Shown piece after piece: positions 35,563 through 47,581 of a DNA stretch of 64,000 bases (position 1 is the stretch's first letter; the number at the start of each line of letters is the position of its first letter). The notes below the pieces were generated by a model that had not been told where the DNA came from, did no database searches, and worked only from the letters and a program-made list of their open reading frames with translations. Origin of the DNA: Mobula hypostoma (Eukaryota); the NCBI RefSeq assembly GCF_963921235.1, contig NC_086097.1, positions 85,314,001 to 85,378,000 of the forward strand, given 5' to 3'. The position numbers and the translations under genes are program-made.

Positions 35563-36983
35563 CTTGGGAGCTTACATTTGTCAATGAAAAACCATGTTTC
35601 TAAGAGAAAATATACGTAGAAATTTAATGGAGGATCTTGCTTATTATTAATGGTTCCTCAGTTAGCTCTATACCCTCTGATTAAGCTTTTGTACTCGATG
35701 ATTGTATTAGATGTACTTGCAGTTATTTTATTGTAAGTCACACTGCCTGTATATTGGGAGGCACGTTAACACTCACCAGTGGTAAGCAAAGTAGGAGTTG
35801 GCAAAACATATAGAGCTTTGACAACAGAGAGGCAAAGATTAATATTACATCATAATTCCTGAGCTGGCATACAGAGACTAAAAATTTCGACCTCATTTTC
35901 TCTCTTATGTTATGATCCGTCTCTGAATGTTTGATGTGCTGTTCTGTCCATTCCCATTCTCTTGTTTCCTTATTGATATCACAGTGTAGCAAAACAACAT
36001 CCATTAAAATCCCGGTCCATGTTCGACCGTTCTGTAAGAATGGAAGAGCTTGACACACTAACGGTTGTAACCATGCTGGAAAACATCTTTTAAAAAGTCC
36101 CGAGAGCAGCTATGTGATATTTTGCCTAGAGGGCAAGTTAACATTTGAAACACAGGATCCCAATTAGACTGTAAGGTGCCTTAATCAAATCTAGTTGCCC
36201 AGAGCTTCATATTGTCACCATCAGCCCATAAAGTGGCTTAATGGAACATGGTTCCTTTTTTAAAATAATATTTGTAACCTGTACTATATTCACAATGTAA
36301 TCAACTGGTCGAAAAGAGGACAAATTCCAAATCAGAGTCACTGTTAATGTGACTGATTCTGCAGATCAATAAAATAGATTTTTCTTACAAAATCAAATGA
36401 CCATATTTAATATATATTTTTTTGAAAAAATATCTAGCAGTGTCAGGATATCAAACTGCAGGAACATTATCGATTTTAATTAAGGCACACATCCTTTTTA
36501 AACTCTTTATTTCTATTCAGGGAGTCCTTGACCTCAAGAGTGAGGCGGTGTGGTTTCCTTGAATGCATTGAAAGCCTCTGAACTCAATTCTAACATGATG
36601 ATGGAATAAAACCATTTTAGATTAAGGAATGTGTCTCTTCCTGTTTTGGGAATAATTTCACGGCAATGTTCAGTCTGAAGCATACTCAGTAAATTTGCCT
36701 CCAGTGGATGGCTTTGTCCTCTTGGGCACAGGCAAAATTTTGTAACATCGGTGATAATGAAGCTAGCTTGAATTACCAATACCATGAAAGAAATATACCT
36801 GTAAATTCTAGAGCATCTGTGTGTATCATCCTGCAGGAGGATGAATCTCAGAGTTATATTCTGTATACATACTTTGATAATAAATATACGTTTTGAATAC
36901 TGATCACTGGTACAATGATAAAAAATATAAAAAATATATTTCTAGAGAATGTATGTGTATCATTAAATGCATGCATGAAAAGC

Positions 36984-37500
36984 CTTCTTTTCCTTCTTTT
37001 TCAATCTTTTTATTAATTTCATCATCATAAACATTACAAAAATAGATACAGAGAAATTGGGATTACATTATTGATAAATAGTTTATACAAATATGAGCTC
37101 AATTGATACATAATTGATGAGCCTCCCAAAATCTCAAAAAGTACAAATATAATATAGGAAAATATAAGGTGAAAATATAAAAATATCATGAAAAAAGAAA
37201 AAAAATTATACCCCAAAAGAAAAAAAAATCTAACCCAATTAAAAGAAAACTAAACCAAAGGGAAAAAAAGAAAAAGAATGGGCTATTATGATACCTCAGA
37301 TAAGTCCATTATTATCGTTAACTCCGCTCCTCTCCCCGAATATGGAGTAACAAAATAGAATTGTAAAGGGTCAAATTACATCATATGAAGTTATTGAATA
37401 AATGGTCTCCAAATCTTTTCAAATTTAACAGAAGGGTCGTAAATGACGCTTCTAATTTTTTCTAAATTTAAGCAAGACATAGTTTGAGAAAACCATTGAA
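36984..37500 (-). mobile_element. L1/Tx1-type LINE 3' end, TSD ATGAAAAGC
   Basis: Minus reads QWFSQTMSCLNLEKIR...KFEKIWRPFIQ, homologous to 62938-63135; TSD at 36975-36983 and 37501-37509. Confidence 0.88.
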
Positions 37501-37529
37501 ATGAAAAGCTATGGTACAAGAGACTCCAC

Positions 37530-38345
37530 TCCTATACAGCGAAAATCAGTTTGCAACTCTTGTACTCAATGCTATAAAATAACATATAAATAAATAAATA
37601 AACAATAAATAAAATCAAGTACCCAGCCGGTACAAGCAATGTCCAGCAGTACAAAAGCACAACTCAGATGCATGACAACCATAAAACCAGTATTAAAGTA
37701 GCAATATAACAAATTTATGGATGATGCTTGATCGATTGGTTCAGAGTAATTATAGCTCTGGGGAAAAAGCTATTTTTCAGTCTGGAAGTGCGGGCATGGA
37801 AAATCTTATAACATCTGCCAGATGGAACAAGTTCAAACAGATGATTGCATGGGTGTGTATTGTCCTTACAGATGCTTGTAACTTTCCTTAGGCAGTGTGA
37901 GCTGTAGGTGTCCTCCAGGACTGGGAGCTGTGTCCCGATGATCTTCTGTGCACTAGAGATGACCTGCTGTACAACTGAAATACCACACAGAGATGCAGTA
38001 TGTTAAGATGCTCTCTATGGTGCAGCGGTAAAAAGTCACCAGCATCTGTTCAGGTAGACAAGTTTTCTTCAGTGTCCTGAGGAAAAACAAGCGTTGCTGT
38101 GCTTTCTGAACTATTGTTGTGGTGTTAGTGGACCATGTAAGGTCTTCTGAGATATGTATTCCCAGAAACCTGAAACTGGGCATTCCCTCCACTATGTCTC
38201 CATTAATGTAGACCGGAGCACACTCTCATTCCACGACTTTCCAAACTTGATAATTAGCTCCTTAGTCTTTGCTATACTAAGAGACAGGTTGTTCTCTGAG
38301 CACCAGCTCATTAAGTTCTGTACCTCCGCTCTGTACACTGATTTG
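37530..38345 (-). mobile_element. Rex1/Babar-like LINE 3' fragment
   Basis: FRFLGIHISEDLTW, KAQQRLFFLR, ESILTYCISVW. Confidence 0.88.
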
Positions 38346-38844
38346 TCTCTGTATAATAGAGAAATGGCAGCGTGTCCACACGCAGCGGGTCTGCACTCCC
38401 TAAATCAATGCTACCTATGTTACTTTTACATCGTTATTATTTTAACTTTAAGTTTAGTCACCTGTACGAGTCGTTCCTACAGCCCTACGGAACTAATTAA
38501 CATCGGACAAAGCTGAACAACAATATTTAGTTCTATTTAAGTCAATCTCTATCAATGTTCTACCCTAGATGATCTAGTTGAGGATTAGCAGCCAAGTGCC
38601 TCACTTGTACACACCACAGTTCCCCTCTAGAGATACTACACCGGAAAAGGGCACAGTACTTTCCAAACTCCATGTAGGCAGCAGTCACCAGGAGGGCGAA
38701 GTAGGACTAGCATTCTTTTGCTGCAATTTCAAAGCTATTATATTAATTTCTCAAACTATCTCTGCTTGGCTGTGGCTCAGAAAAACTGGTGGGGAAGAGG
38801 ACAAAATTTACTTGCCTTAGAATATTCCATATTTTATTGAGCAC

Positions 38845-39321
38845 ACCTACACCAAATATTGTCGCAGGAGAGCAGCGTTCATCATCAGAGACCCCCCACC
38901 ACCCAGGACGCGCTCTCTTCTCGCTGCTGCCATCGGGAAGAAGGTACAGCGGCCTCAAGACTCACACTTCTGGGTTCAGGAACAGTTATTATCCCTCAAA
39001 CATTAGGCTCTTGAGCCAAAGGGAAAAGACATCACAACTTCACTTGCCCCATCTTTGAAATGTTCCTGCAACTCACCTTCAAGGACTTTCCATCTCATCA
39101 TCTCAATCTTTCTTAATTATATATTAATTATTATTATTTATTTATTCTTGTATTAGCACAGTTAGTTGTCTTTTGCACACTGATGAATGCCCAGTCTGGT
39201 GCAGTCTTTCATTGATTCTGTAACAGTTATTATTCTATTATGGATTTATTGAGTATACATACAAGAAAACGAATCTCAGGGTTGTATATAGTGACATATA
39301 TGTACTTTGATAATAAATTTT
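38845..39321 (+). mobile_element. Rex1-like 3' end; tail continues at 40112-40135
   Basis: HPGRALFSLLPSGRRYSGLK; GTACTTTGATAATAAATTT tail. Confidence 0.85.
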
Positions 39322-40111
39322 TGTAATGCCCTGGTTTACATCTTTACTGTTATGCTGTAGGTATTTCATTTAGCAGCTCTGTAAGAGCTGTTTGTTCTGG
39401 TTTCAGCCTGTTTGGGCTACTGTTGAAGATCAGGGATGATGTGGAATGTGTGCCATCCACTTAGCAGGAGGTTTTCTTGGTGAGGGACAATAAGGTTGAG
39501 CTCGAACTTTTCTTTTGTTCGAGAGGAGATGAAGGGAGAAGATGCTGAGGAGAACCGGTCATAGCATACGATCCGGTGGGAGAACTGTTTGTTTGAGGTG
39601 GATTGTGAGTGACGTTCGGAAGGTGGTGTGAGCTTTGATGTTGACCGAGGGCCCAGCGTGTGAGTGACAGAGAAGTTCCAGATGAGCTCCATCTTGTGCA
39701 CATTTGACTGTTTATTTAGAACAGGCCCTTTTCTTTTTGTTATTCTTTACTAACACTTCAGTTAAGATTCATAAATATAATTCCTTTAATTGTATGCAGT
39801 TTACACTCTGTTATTTCACGGCATTAATTTGTAACAGGGTAGCAAATGACACAGCATCCACACAAACTGAGATGTGAGCTAGGATCAAGTACGCCTGAAT
39901 CTCAGGAGTTTGGTGGGGCCAGAGGTTGTCTTCCTTAGACTTTACTTTATTGTCGCCAAACAATTGATACTACAGCGTACAATCATCACAGCGATATTTG
40001 ATTCTGCGTTTCGTGCTCCCTGGATTACAAATTGATAGTAAATATTAAAAATTTAAATTATAAATCATATATAGAAAAGACTTACACAGCCAAGGAAACC
40101 AGGGTGTTTCA
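39322..40111 (+). mobile_element. TG...CA element with 16-bp imperfect terminal inverted repeats (probable solo LTR)
   Basis: TGTAATGCCCTGGTTT / AAACCAGGGTGTTTCA; splits a Rex1 tail; TTT(T/G) flanks. Confidence 0.7.
39943..40077 (-). mobile_element. Short LINE 3' tail inserted in the LTR, TSD AGACTT
   Basis: Minus strand ends GACAATAAAGTAAAGT; AGACTT at 39937-39942 and 40078-40083. Confidence 0.7.
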
Positions 40112-40289
40112 TTTGCTTTGCACTTTGAATTTGAATTAGGATGGTAATGTTCAGAGTGGGAGGGAGATTACTGGCTACTGTAAATTACAGCTTTTGTGTA
40201 GGTGAGTGATAAAACCTAGAATGTCGGGATGGGAGTAAAGATGAAAAAGAGACCTGGATAAATCTGGGAAAGAAGTTTGTGTTTATGTA

Positions 40290-41008
40290 CAGAATTATGA
40301 ATAAAGTCTGGCAGTGCCTCTCCTTCATTAGGATTTTGTGAAGATTCGGCATGACATCTAAAACTTTGACCAACTTCTATAAATGTGTGGTTGAAAGTAT
40401 ACTGATTGCTTCACAGCCTGGTATGGAAACACCAATGCCCTTTAATAGAAAATACTATAAAAAGTAGTGGATACAGCCCAGTCCATCATGGTTAAAACCC
40501 ACCATTGAACACATCTATATGGAGCACTGCCACAGGAAAGCAGCTTCCATCATCAAGGACCCCTACCACCCAGGACACGCTGTCTTTTCACTGCTGCCAT
40601 CAGGAAGGAGGTATCAAAGCCTCAGGACTCACACCACCAGGTTCAGGAACAGTTATTACCCCTCAACCATCAGGCTCTTGAATTAAAGGACATAGCTTCA
40701 CTCAACTTCACGTGCCCTGTCACTAAAATGGATTCATTTTCAACAACTCCTCAGCTCATGTTATCTATTATTTATTTATTTATTTATTTATTTATTATTA
40801 TTATTATTTCTTCCTTTTTATATTTGCACAGTTTGTTGTCTTTTGCATGTTGGTTGAGTGTCCGAGTTGGTATAGTCTTTCACTGATTCTGTTATGGTCA
40901 TTATTCTGTGGATTTATTGAGTATGCCTGCAAGACAATGAATCTCAGGGTTGTATATGGCAACATATACTGTAGGTACTTTGATGATAAATTTACTTTGA
41001 GCTTCGAA
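40290..41008 (+). mobile_element. Rex1-like 3' fragment
   Basis: FSLLPSGRRY segment and TGATGATAAATTTACTTTGAGC tail. Confidence 0.85.
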
Positions 41009-41044
41009 CAGAGTATAATAAATGTGAACAAAAGAAGTACTTCA

Positions 41045-41828
41045 ACACGCGGCGAGCACTCTGCTCTGCACATATACGGGAAAGAGGTGGAGAGAGTAGA
41101 GAGTTTCAAGTTCCTCAGCGTCCACATCTCGGCTGACCTCACCTGGACTGCCCATATCTCTTATCAGGTGGGGAAGGCCCAACAGAGGCTCTACTTCCTA
41201 AGGAAGCTAAAGTACGCTCTCCTCCCTCACCACCTGCTGATCAACTTCTATCGGACAACTATAGAGAGCCTCCTGACGTATTGCTGTGCAGTGTGGTTTG
41301 CCAGCTGCACAGAACAGAACAGGAAGGACTTGCAGCGGGTGGTGAGGGTAGCAGAGCGGGTTATTGACACAACATTACTCTTCCTCAGAGACATTTATAC
41401 CGGCAGACTTCAAAAGAAGGCTACTTGTATTTCAAAGGATCCCACTCATCCTGGACATCACCTGTTTTCCCCTCTACCTTCTGGGAAGAGATACAGAGCA
41501 TTAAGGATGAAAACAAAGGGACTCCTTAACAGCTTCTACCCACAAGCAGTGAAATGTATAACACCCCCTTCCTTTCTCCTGCCCCCCTCCTAAGACGGCA
41601 ACAGCTAAATGCATCACACTTCCAGGAAGGGTAGGTGTGCAATAGTCCTACCCCCGCCCCCCCCCCCCATCCATATATGATTAATTTTGGACTGCACTCC
41701 TGAGGTTTTAGAGTTTATTTTAAGTATATATTCTTTGTCATGTTGCAAAACGTTGAGCTGCTAAACTGTGTTTCATTGCTCCACAACAATGACAATAAAG
41801 ATATTCTTATTCTTATTCTTATTCTTAC
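41045..41828 (+). mobile_element. Younger Rex1-like LINE 3' fragment (distinct subfamily)
   Basis: Open frame VERVESFKFLSVHIS...KAQQRLYFLRKLK...LPSGKRYR to 41593; (TTATTC)n tail. Confidence 0.9.
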
Positions 41829-41919
41829 TTTAGTGCTTGATGAAATGCATGAAAAGTTCCAATCTTAGGCATAATTGGCACTGCGGTGAATAAGAAAGTT
41901 TTATAGGAAAGTTTCAGCT

Positions 41920-42490
41920 TGCCCAGGTTATGTGCACTCAGTTCTAAGTGTAAGGATTCTGCTTTTGAGTCTCATTCATCATCTAAAATGCACTCTAGTG
42001 CAGGGCTGAGGGGATTATACGTTACTAGTGGTTATATCTTTCAGATGAGATAGAAACCAAAACCCTGTCTGTTCAGGATCCATGGTGCTAAAGAAGAGCC
42101 AGTATTTCTATCAGTGTCATTTATGCCACAGCCAATAGCAACAAAACAAATTACTTAGTATTCAATTCCTTCCTGTCAGTGGTACAGTAAAATTTGTAAA
42201 ATTGCCTTCTGCAATTGCCTGCATGAGTGCATTTCAAACATACATATGCCTAGAAATTTGTCCCTGGCCAATAATAGTAAACATTGTGGATTGACTCTCA
42301 GTACATTGAACTCAGCCTCTGGAATTCATTCTGTTGACTTCCATAAAATGAACTTTAGAGGCAGGATATTAAAAAAATGCTGATGCTACTATATATATAT
42401 AGAAAGCTTAATATTACCAATAGGATTTGACTTTGTTGGCTGTGAAGCAACTGAGATAGGTTAATGACATGAAAGATACCAATTTCTTTT
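41920..42490 (+). mobile_element. Ancient Deu-domain SINE (SacSINE1/AmnSINE1-like)
   Basis: CACTCTAGTGCAGGGCTGAGGG...TCTTTCAGATGAGA...GATCCATGG...GAAGAGC; tail TTGGCTGTGAAGC...TGAAAG. Confidence 0.55.
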
Positions 42491-42661
42491 CCCTCAAGTA
42501 CGTACTGATAGACCTGTGCATATTTAATCTGTTATAATTCCAATGTTAGTTCATTCTTGTCTTTATTTCATAACTTAACCAGCTGTTCATTGCTGCTTCA
42601 ATTTGTTCTTCCTCCAGGATTACATTCCAGACTGGAGCAAACCTTGGAAAAGGTATACTGT

Positions 42662-43020
42662 ACCGGGACAGTTATTACCCTTCAACTATCAGGCTCTTGA
42701 ACCAGTGTGGATAACTTCACTCTCCTCAGCATTATACTGATCACTGAAGACAACCGTATGGAGTCACTTTTCAAGGATTGTACAACTCCTGTTCTCTGTG
42801 TTATGTATTTCCTTATTTATTATCATTATTTTTGGGGTTTTTTTGTATTTGCAGTTTGTCTTCTTTTTCACATTGGTTGCTTGTCAGTCTTGTTTGTGTG
42901 TAGTTTACCATTGATTTCTTCATGCCACTGTGAGTGCCTACAGGAAAATTAATCTCAGAGTAGTGTATGGTGGCATGTACGTACTTTAGTAAAAAATTCA
43001 TTTTGAACTTTGGACTTTGA
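42662..43020 (+). mobile_element. Rex1-like 3' UTR/tail
   Basis: ACAGTTATTACCCTTCAACTATCAGGCTCTTGAACC ... TTTGAACTTTGGACTTTGA. Confidence 0.8.
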
Positions 43021-43329
43021 GAGTGTTGCACTAAGTAATATCCAAATGTTGAACCAAGTAGACAGATTATATAATTTAGGTTTGCATTATCTGGATTTAA
43101 GTAGTAATTTTAAAGAAGTTTCCAAAATATTAAGGGGAGCAGAAAGGGAAATGATTTGGCTGACTACAGGGTCCAGGGTGTGAGAGCCTTGGACAGAGCA
43201 AGTCATTGTGTGTATTGTTAGAAAACCTGCGCACACAAAACTTGGTGAAAACTTGAAAGTCTTTTCTGCAAACTGTACATTTTATATCTGTGATTGATAT
43301 ACTATATTATCGCCATGAAATTTATCACC

Positions 43330-43635
43330 GGGCAGCATGGTGGTGTGGAGGTTGTTGTTTTTGCTTCAAACCCCGAGGGATCCAGGTTCAATCATACCCT
43401 CAGGTGTGTATGTATGGATCCTGGACATTCTCCCTGTGATTGTGCGGGTTTCCTGTATCCCAAAGTCAAGTCTATTTATAGGTTAACTGGCCATTGCAAA
43501 TTGTTCCTAGGTATGTGCGCCAGTAGTAGAATCTGGGAGGAGGTGGTGAGAATATGGGGAGAATAAAATTACACTAAAGTGGGATTAGTGTAAGAATGTA
43601 GCTGATGGTTGGTACTGTATAAGCCCTATAGTCTG
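43330..43635 (+). mobile_element. Degenerate HE1-like V-SINE
   Basis: GGCAGCATGGTGG head, GGTTCAATC B box, ACATTCTCCCTGTGATTGTGCGGGTTTCC V domain. Confidence 0.7.
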
Positions 43636-43731
43636 TGCAATCCAGCTCTATGTCACCAGGTCAAGAAGGACCAGAAGCATCATTATCCTTGCAAACTATG
43701 AAATTAATCATCAGCGCATGATTGGATATAA

Positions 43732-44083
43732 CCATCGTCGTCGTGGCTATCCCTTGAGGTCGAGGATAATGGTCTTCGTTCCGTTGATCTACTTATGGGC
43801 TCTCAAGTGGTTTATGAGTCCAATGTTGGCTTTGAAAGTTCTTCCGCATTCAGGACAGGTAGTTCCAGATGGCAGATTGGGCTTTGGTTGTTGCTGCCTC
43901 TCTTTCCATTTTCTTCTCTTTTCTTCTAATTCTGCACATCTGTTGGCTTCAAAAGTTGCTGTTCCTTCTCGGATGATGGCTTGCCAGAGTTTCCTGTCCT
44001 TGGCATTGGTTTCCCAATTGTTTATGTCGATTTACATTTCTTCATGTTGGCTTTTAAGACGTCTTTGAACCTCTTCTGTTGTC
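43732..44083 (-). mobile_element. RTE-clade LINE 3' end, TSD GATATAA
   Basis: QKRFKDVLKANMK (frameshift) WETNAKDRKLW...CPECGRTFKANIGLINHLRAH*; (GAC/GAT)n tail; TSD at 43725-43731 and 44084-44090. Confidence 0.85.
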
Positions 44084-46805
44084 GATATAATCAACTGAAC
44101 TAGAATAACAATGGCATACAAAGGCAAGTAATTTATCCTGCTTATAATTTATAAATCACTGAAAGTCACCATTGTGTCCAATTCCATCCACCACGTGTTA
44201 AGGCATTAAGGAATCAGAGAAGGAGATGTTTTACAGTGGAACCAGTGCCAGTAGAGTCATATTACAAGTAATAAGAACTGAATGAGTAACTGAAGCACTG
44301 AGAATTAAGTTAATTACAAATGAGGCATTTTTTTAAATCCAATGATCCAGGATACACTGCCAGAATGATTCATGGAAACGGATTCCTTCAAGAGGGGAAA
44401 AAAGGAGAAAAATGCATAAACCATAGGAAATGCACAGGAGGATGGAACTAAAAAGTTGCACTTTCAAAATTTTTGTGCAGGTCAAAATGTCACAATTCAA
44501 TGATTCTATAATTCCTTTAAAATGCTAAATATATGCTTTTGATTTTGAAAAACTCTGATGGCTGAATTCACCTTCGAGCTTAGAACAGGCTGTTCTATTA
44601 TCAGGCTAACATGTTCTCTACAAGACATGAGGCAGCACTAACTGCCTATTCTCATAACAGAACATTATATCCTAATCTCATTAGACCGGTACATAATCAC
44701 ATGCCACAGCTGGGAATTGCCAAAAACATAAAGTACTTGAAAGCACACACCATTACTCTTTCATTCAGGGCCTTCATCAGTTTCTTTTCTACAGCGTTGA
44801 CAACGTTGGCATTATTTTAGGCATCTGACCACATATATCATGAAGAAATATTTCTGTAAATGTGAAAATAAATTCTTCTCCTTGTTCTGTTGGTCAGGAT
44901 AAAGTAGGTCAAGCTACTCCAGATAAACTCTACCATTACGCAAAGCCTTTAACTTTTCATTTCCTTTCCTTCCTCAAGGTATTTGCATTGACTGATCTCA
45001 CTAAAGTGACATTTTGTACACATTGCATTTGTTTTCATGCCCGAAGGAATTAGTTAGTTTTTTAAACCAGCACTATTCAATGCATCTTATTTGAAAGTTT
45101 CTCTTTGAAAGAACACCTCTTCAAGCAATATATTCAAATTAACTTGACTAACAAGAAACTGCTCCTCTTGAAATGATCTGAAAGCTCTGTGTCCTTCTCC
45201 CCTTCCTTATGTTCCATTGAGGTCTTATGACCTGCGGGCCATCGATCCTGTTCTGAAATAACTTCTGGGCATTTGACTGGGAAACTGATGCAGAAAAAAA
45301 GCAGCTCAAAGCCAAAAAAAAGAGCGATGTTCCATGTAAAAAGGATAACATGTTGTCTAATCTCTTGGACAATTTCTACTGGAGCATTCATTGAGTTAAT
45401 CAGAGAACCATGCCTTCTTGCCTTCTGGCTCAAAACCAGTTCAAGTTCGAGCTTATTGTCATCTGATTGTGTACATATATTCAACCAACCAAAACAATAT
45501 TTCTCTGAACCACAGTGCACCCACAAATCATATAACACACACAGCACAGACAACAAAATATTACCACACATACAGTAAGTTAATATTCAAAGTGCATGCA
45601 TATAGTGCACAGCACTATACAAATCACTACACAGTAAACAGCTTACTGTCCTGGTGACGAAACCTCAGTGGTGGCAGAGTACTCATTAGTCACAAAGCCT
45701 GAGGAAAGAAACTGTTACTCAGTCTGGCAGTTCTAATCCTGATGCTTCCGTACCACCTTCCTGATGGTAGCGGGTCAAGGAGACTGTTGGATGAATGGGA
45801 TGGGTGGTCGGGATCCTCAGCAATGCTTTGGGCCCTTTGTATACAACACTCCTGGTAAATGTCACAAACTGGGGGGTGCGGGATACCCTGGCGATCCTCT
45901 CGGTGGTTTTTACTGTCGTCTGTAGGGTCTTGTGGTCTGATGCCTTGCAGCATTTTAGCACACAATGATATAGCCAGGCAGGACAATTTCGATGGTGGTC
46001 CTGCAGAAAATTGTTAGAATGGGAGCAAGGAACGTTGCAAGCCTCGGTCTCCCCAGGAAGTGCAAACACTGCTGTGCCTTATTGACGAATGTGGGGGTGT
46101 TGTGGTTCCAGGTTACATAGATTGTTCTTTATGTGCGTACCAAGGAACTCTGTGCTCTTCAGTCTGTCCACAGCAGAGCCATTGATGTGCAATGGAGAGT
46201 GGTTGACCTGTGCCTTTCTGAAGTCCATAATCATCTCTTTTGTCTTGTCCATATTGAGTCTCAGGTTGTTGTTCTCACACCATTTGACAAGGCTCTCTAT
46301 CTCCTTTCTGTATGCCGACTCATCATTGTTGCTGATGAGGCCAACCACTGTTGTGCAGTCGTGAGCCAGCAGTGTGAACCACAGGGAGCTGAGCTCACAG
46401 CCCCGGGGGAGGGCACCAGTGCTCAGCATGATGGAGCTTCAGATATTGCCGCCAACTTGGACTGACTGGGGTCCTTCTATCCTTCCATCAAGAAGTCCAA
46501 GATCCAGTTACAGAGATGGGCATTGAGTTCCAACAAAGACAGTTTACCCACCAGCCTCTAATTGTGTTAAATCCTGAGCTGAAATCGATGAACAACAACT
46601 TGGTGTAAGAGGCATGGTTTCCTACAAGGGACAGGACGGAAAAGAGATCTGAGGCTATGGCATCATCAGTACACTAGTTTAAGCAGTAGGCAAAGTGGAA
46701 AGGGTGCAATGCAGCTGGAAGGTGGGATTTTATACAATCCATCACCAGCTGCCGAAAGCACCATGATTGCTGAGGTCAATGTCACTAGACGGTAGTCGTT
46801 TAGAC

Positions 46806-47581
46806 CAGGGGTCCCCAACCTTTATTGTACCATGGACCAGTTTAATATTGACAATATTCTTGCGGACTGGCCGACCGGGGGGGTGTTCAAGTGGGGTTAA
46901 ACTCACCTCAACATGTCTTTTACAGTTAGGGTTGCCAACTTTCTCACTCCCAAATAAGGGACAAAAGTAGCAGTCAAATACAGGACACTTTACCCCAGGA
47001 AAGACTACCATGACCATGAAGCCTTGCGCGGTCACCTGTGGGCGCATGCGTGACTGCGCATGTGATTTGCGCATGCGCTTACATGCCGAATTTTTCCCCC
47101 CACAAGTTGGTTTTGCCTTCATCTTCCCGACTATACTGTACATACATTATTTCTATTTTATATAGGCTTGTGTATTTATCACATCTTTCCTGCTTTTACT
47201 ATATGTTAGTGTTATTTATTTTAGGTTTTATGTGTTATTTGGTATGATTTGTTAGGTTATTTTTTGGGTCTGGGAACTCTCAAAAATTTTTCCCACATAA
47301 ATTCATGGTAATTGCTTCTTCGCTTTACGCCACTTCTGCATGAACGGTTTCATAGGAATGCTCTACCTTAGCGGGGGAAATACGGGAGAAGGGCGGTCCT
47401 GTATGGGACAAACCAATTTCGCCCAATATACGGGATGTCCAGGCAAATACGGGACAGTTGGCAACCCTATGTTCAAGTTCAACAGTGCGTGACAGGGAAT
47501 GAGGAAAGGTGCAGCTGACTCATATCGTTTCCTTGCAGCCCGGTAGCACATGCTTTGCGGCCTGGTGGTTGGGTACCGCTG
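46806..47581. mobile_element. Non-autonomous hAT (Charlie/Buster), same ends as 14148-15493
   Basis: CAGGGGTCCCCAACC / GGTTGGGTACCGCTG; TSD GTTTAGAC / ATTTAGAC. Confidence 0.9.
46892..47469. mobile_element. Nested hAT-Blackjack-like MITE containing a Tigger-like end
   Basis: TAGGGTTGCCAACT 46927-46940 / AGTTGGCAACCCTA 47456-47469; TACGGGA subterminal repeats; TGTTCAAG at 46884-46891 and 47470-47477. Confidence 0.65.

Noticed and set aside
40847..41593. 248-aa ORF as a host gene
   Set aside because: Chance in-frame fusion of one Rex1 3' UTR with the C-terminus of a second Rex1 element
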